A stretch of 63,691 bases of DNA, filler included, from Reclinomonas americana ATCC 50394 (lineage: Eukaryota), in assembly GCA_048213135.1 (NCBI GenBank). It is 7 parts of 5 records of this genome, joined end to end, with 100 filler letters (N's around TTAATTAATTAA, not from the genome) between each part and the next. Parts side by side here need not be neighbours in the genome. Positions count along the whole stretch, not along the records: positions 58,724 to 63,691 come from PS015536.1; 6 more parts are not named here. One strand, 5' to 3'. This document shows positions 61,422 to 63,691 of the stretch, piece by piece. The notes below the pieces were generated by a model. It was not told where the DNA came from and made no database searches. It was given only the letters and a program-made list of their open reading frames with translations. The position numbers and the translations under genes were made by a program. Numbering within the stretch: the stretch's first letter is position 1; each line of letters begins with the position of its first letter.

Positions 61422-63691
61422 GCAAGCATGGACGTGGACGAGGTGAGCAACAGTGTGTGAGCGAGTCAGAGAGCACTGTTCTCACTCTTGTGTGCAGACA
61501 AAGAAGAAGACTGGGCGCAAGCGTGTGGCCGAGCAAGACGAAGAAGAAGAGGAGGATTCTCCTCAACAGAAGCGCCCTCGTGCTGCGGTCAGTGTGTGTG
61601 TATGTGTATGCATAGTGTGCGTAACATGCATCTCAACGTCTCTCCTTGTGCAGAAGCGAGGCAAGAAGGTTGCGGAGTGAAGGAGTGAGAGAGATGCTTT
61701 TCAAGTGACTCTCATTGTGCTGTGTGTGTGTGTGTGCGCGCACGCAGGCTGCTGCAGCGGCAGAGTCGGAGGACGACGAGGAAGAGGAGGAGGAGGAGGC
61801 AGTGAAGAAGCCCAAGGTGTTGTTGATGCGTTTCGTGTGTTGTCTCTTGTCGGAAAAATGTGACACTCTCTGCAGGCCGGCAAGCGAGCTGCAAAGCAGG
61901 GCAAGCGCGCCAAGGTGTGTGATGTGCGTTTTGTAGTGCTGCTCTTGTGCTTCGCTGAGCGATTGTGTCGCAGGCGGCTGCCTCCTCGGACGATGACGAC
62001 GATGATGAGGACTATGCAGAGAAGGGCAAGCGAGGCAAGCGTGGTGCCAAGGTACTCGTGTACGCGCACGCACTCTTCTTGCCGGCGTGACTGACAAACA
62101 TGCAGGCCGACGGTGACGAGGTGATGGCCAAACCGGTGGGGAAGCGAGGCAAGCGTGGAGCGGCCAAAAAGAAGCAAGAGGAGGAGGAGGATGAGAGTGG
62201 CGGTGACGACGACGACGACGACGCGGGACCCAGTTCCGGTCGTGCGGTCAGCTCGTCGTGCAAGGCGGATCTGCAGTGGAAGGAGGTGACCGACATTCCT
62301 AGCAAGTGGGAGGATCTCATCCGCGCTCCGCTGTCGCCCAAGCAGATGAAGAAACTGCGGCCGACTGTGCGTTGGCGTGCCAGCTCGTCTCCGCGTTTGT
62401 TGTTGACGGCTGATTGTGTCTCCTGTCGGCAGATCTACACGCGACCCGCCCGCGATTTCATGCTTCCAGTGCCTTCGTTTGACAAGTTGCGTGCGTGCTG
62501 CTGGTTGTGGTGCGTATGTTTCACTGAAAGTGGAGTGCATGCGTGTGTGTGCAGGGACTCGGAACTGAAGAGTTTCGGCTCTCTGTTGCTCCCCGTGCTG
62601 CTGCATGTGCCACTCACTCACCCCCTCCTGTCACCAACAGTTATCACCTACAATGTCAACTCGTTGCGCGGCATGATGGTGTGTGCCTCGCGGTCTCCTG
62701 TGTGTGTTTCGAGTCACTCACCTGCACCCGCAGACCAAGCGAAAGGCCGAGTTCCTGGAGCTGGTGGCGGAGGAGGATCCAGGTTGGGTGGTGGTGTGGT
62801 TGCTCGCCGCAAGTGTATGCGCGGTCGTTGTTCTCATGGTTGCTGCCACCGCAGACATTTTGTGCCTGCAAGAGACCAAGTTGAAAACTGGCGATGTCAC
62901 CCAAGAATTGCGCAACCTGCTCCCCGGTTACACGTCGTTGCGTGCTGCGCCTGCCATCTTCAAACCACACGTGATTGCGGGTCTGATCGTCTTACAGGTA
63001 CTGGAGCTGCAGCACGACGACGCTCGGTTACGCGGGCACAGCGTTGCGTCTCGCACTGTCCGTGTGTTGCCTCCCGTGCTATCGACTCATCGCCGTGCTG
63101 CCAGTGTGTTCACCCGCATCAATCCGCAGCACGTTTCGTACTCGTTCAAGTCTAAGCACGACGGGGAAGGGCGTTTCATTCACCTCGAATTCGGCGGCTT
63201 CCATCTCATGTTGCGTCTTGTTTCTGAGCGTGACCACACGTCCCATCCGTCTTTCACTGCGTCTGCATTCTCCGACAGCAACACCTACGGTGCGGCGCAC
63301 AGCTCCACCGCCCTCTGTTGTCTCACCACGCACTCATGTTCCCTCTCCTCCGATTGCAGTGCCGAACGCGGGTCAGGGCCTCAAACGCCTCAGCTACCGC
63401 GTCAATTCGTGGGACCCAGACTTGTTTGACTTTATGAAGGAGCTCGACAAGACCAAGCCCGTCGTGTGGACCGGTGATCTCAACGTTTCGTAGTTTCTCT
63501 TCCTCAGTCTTCTCCTTCTCCTTCTTTCTCTCCTCCTTGAGAACTGTGGGGGCGCTGTAGATGTGTGGCTTCGGTCTTCCTCACAACGTGTGGTTTGACG
63601 ACGCTGCAGGTGGCTCACACGGAGATTGACATTTTCTCGCCAGAGACCAACGTTTCGTGCTGCTTCTCTTTGTCAACAATGTTATGCGTTG
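61422..63691 (+). CDS. APEX1: AP endonuclease (APE1/ExoIII family) with K/D/E-rich N-terminal linker (3' partial); probably the same gene as the YdeI exon
   Basis: Spliced [66 protein letters not shown]; 17 short exons including 11-, 15-, 17- and 21-nt ones. Confidence 0.92.

Overview
This is eukaryotic nuclear DNA from a GC-rich, extremely gene-dense, intron-rich protist, not a prokaryote. Introns are typically about 55-100 nt, full of (CA)n/(GA)n microsatellites, and micro-exons of 11-21 nt are common. The window is a pseudomolecule of seven contigs joined by artificial N-TTAATTAATTAA-N linkers, with further internal N gaps, so most listed ORFs are spurious or partial. I rebuilt the genes by hand-splicing and recognised them from remembered family motifs; no database searches were run. 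Recognisable genes: DPH3, an RNF32-like RING protein, a putative transcription factor, a histidine phosphatase, a catalytically dead PDH E2 paralogue (E3BP-like), a divergent RasGAP, an MDH1-type malate dehydrogenase with a presequence, DGAT2, a secreted GH1 beta-glucosidase, mitochondrial MinC, PCH2/TRIP13, a fucosyltransferase-like GT, DIL and NT-C2/coiled-coil proteins, two LRR proteins, a two-pore channel, thioredoxin, CTR9, a Cys/Pro-rich repetitive protein, a His-rich protein, an SDH6-like subunit, a kinase tail and an APE1-type AP endonuclease. Four things stand out. (1) A bacterial-type YdeI/OmdA domain is spliced in frame through a K/D/E-rich linker to APE1, with a mitochondrial-type presequence. 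(2) An unusually abundant class of +1-shifted 5' splice sites (GTTGCGT/GTTTCGT) makes up about half of the APE1 gene's introns. (3) The two-pore channel gene contains two textbook AT-AC minor-spliceosome introns. (4) Ancestral mitochondrial machinery is present: MinC, SDH6-like and E3BP-like genes.
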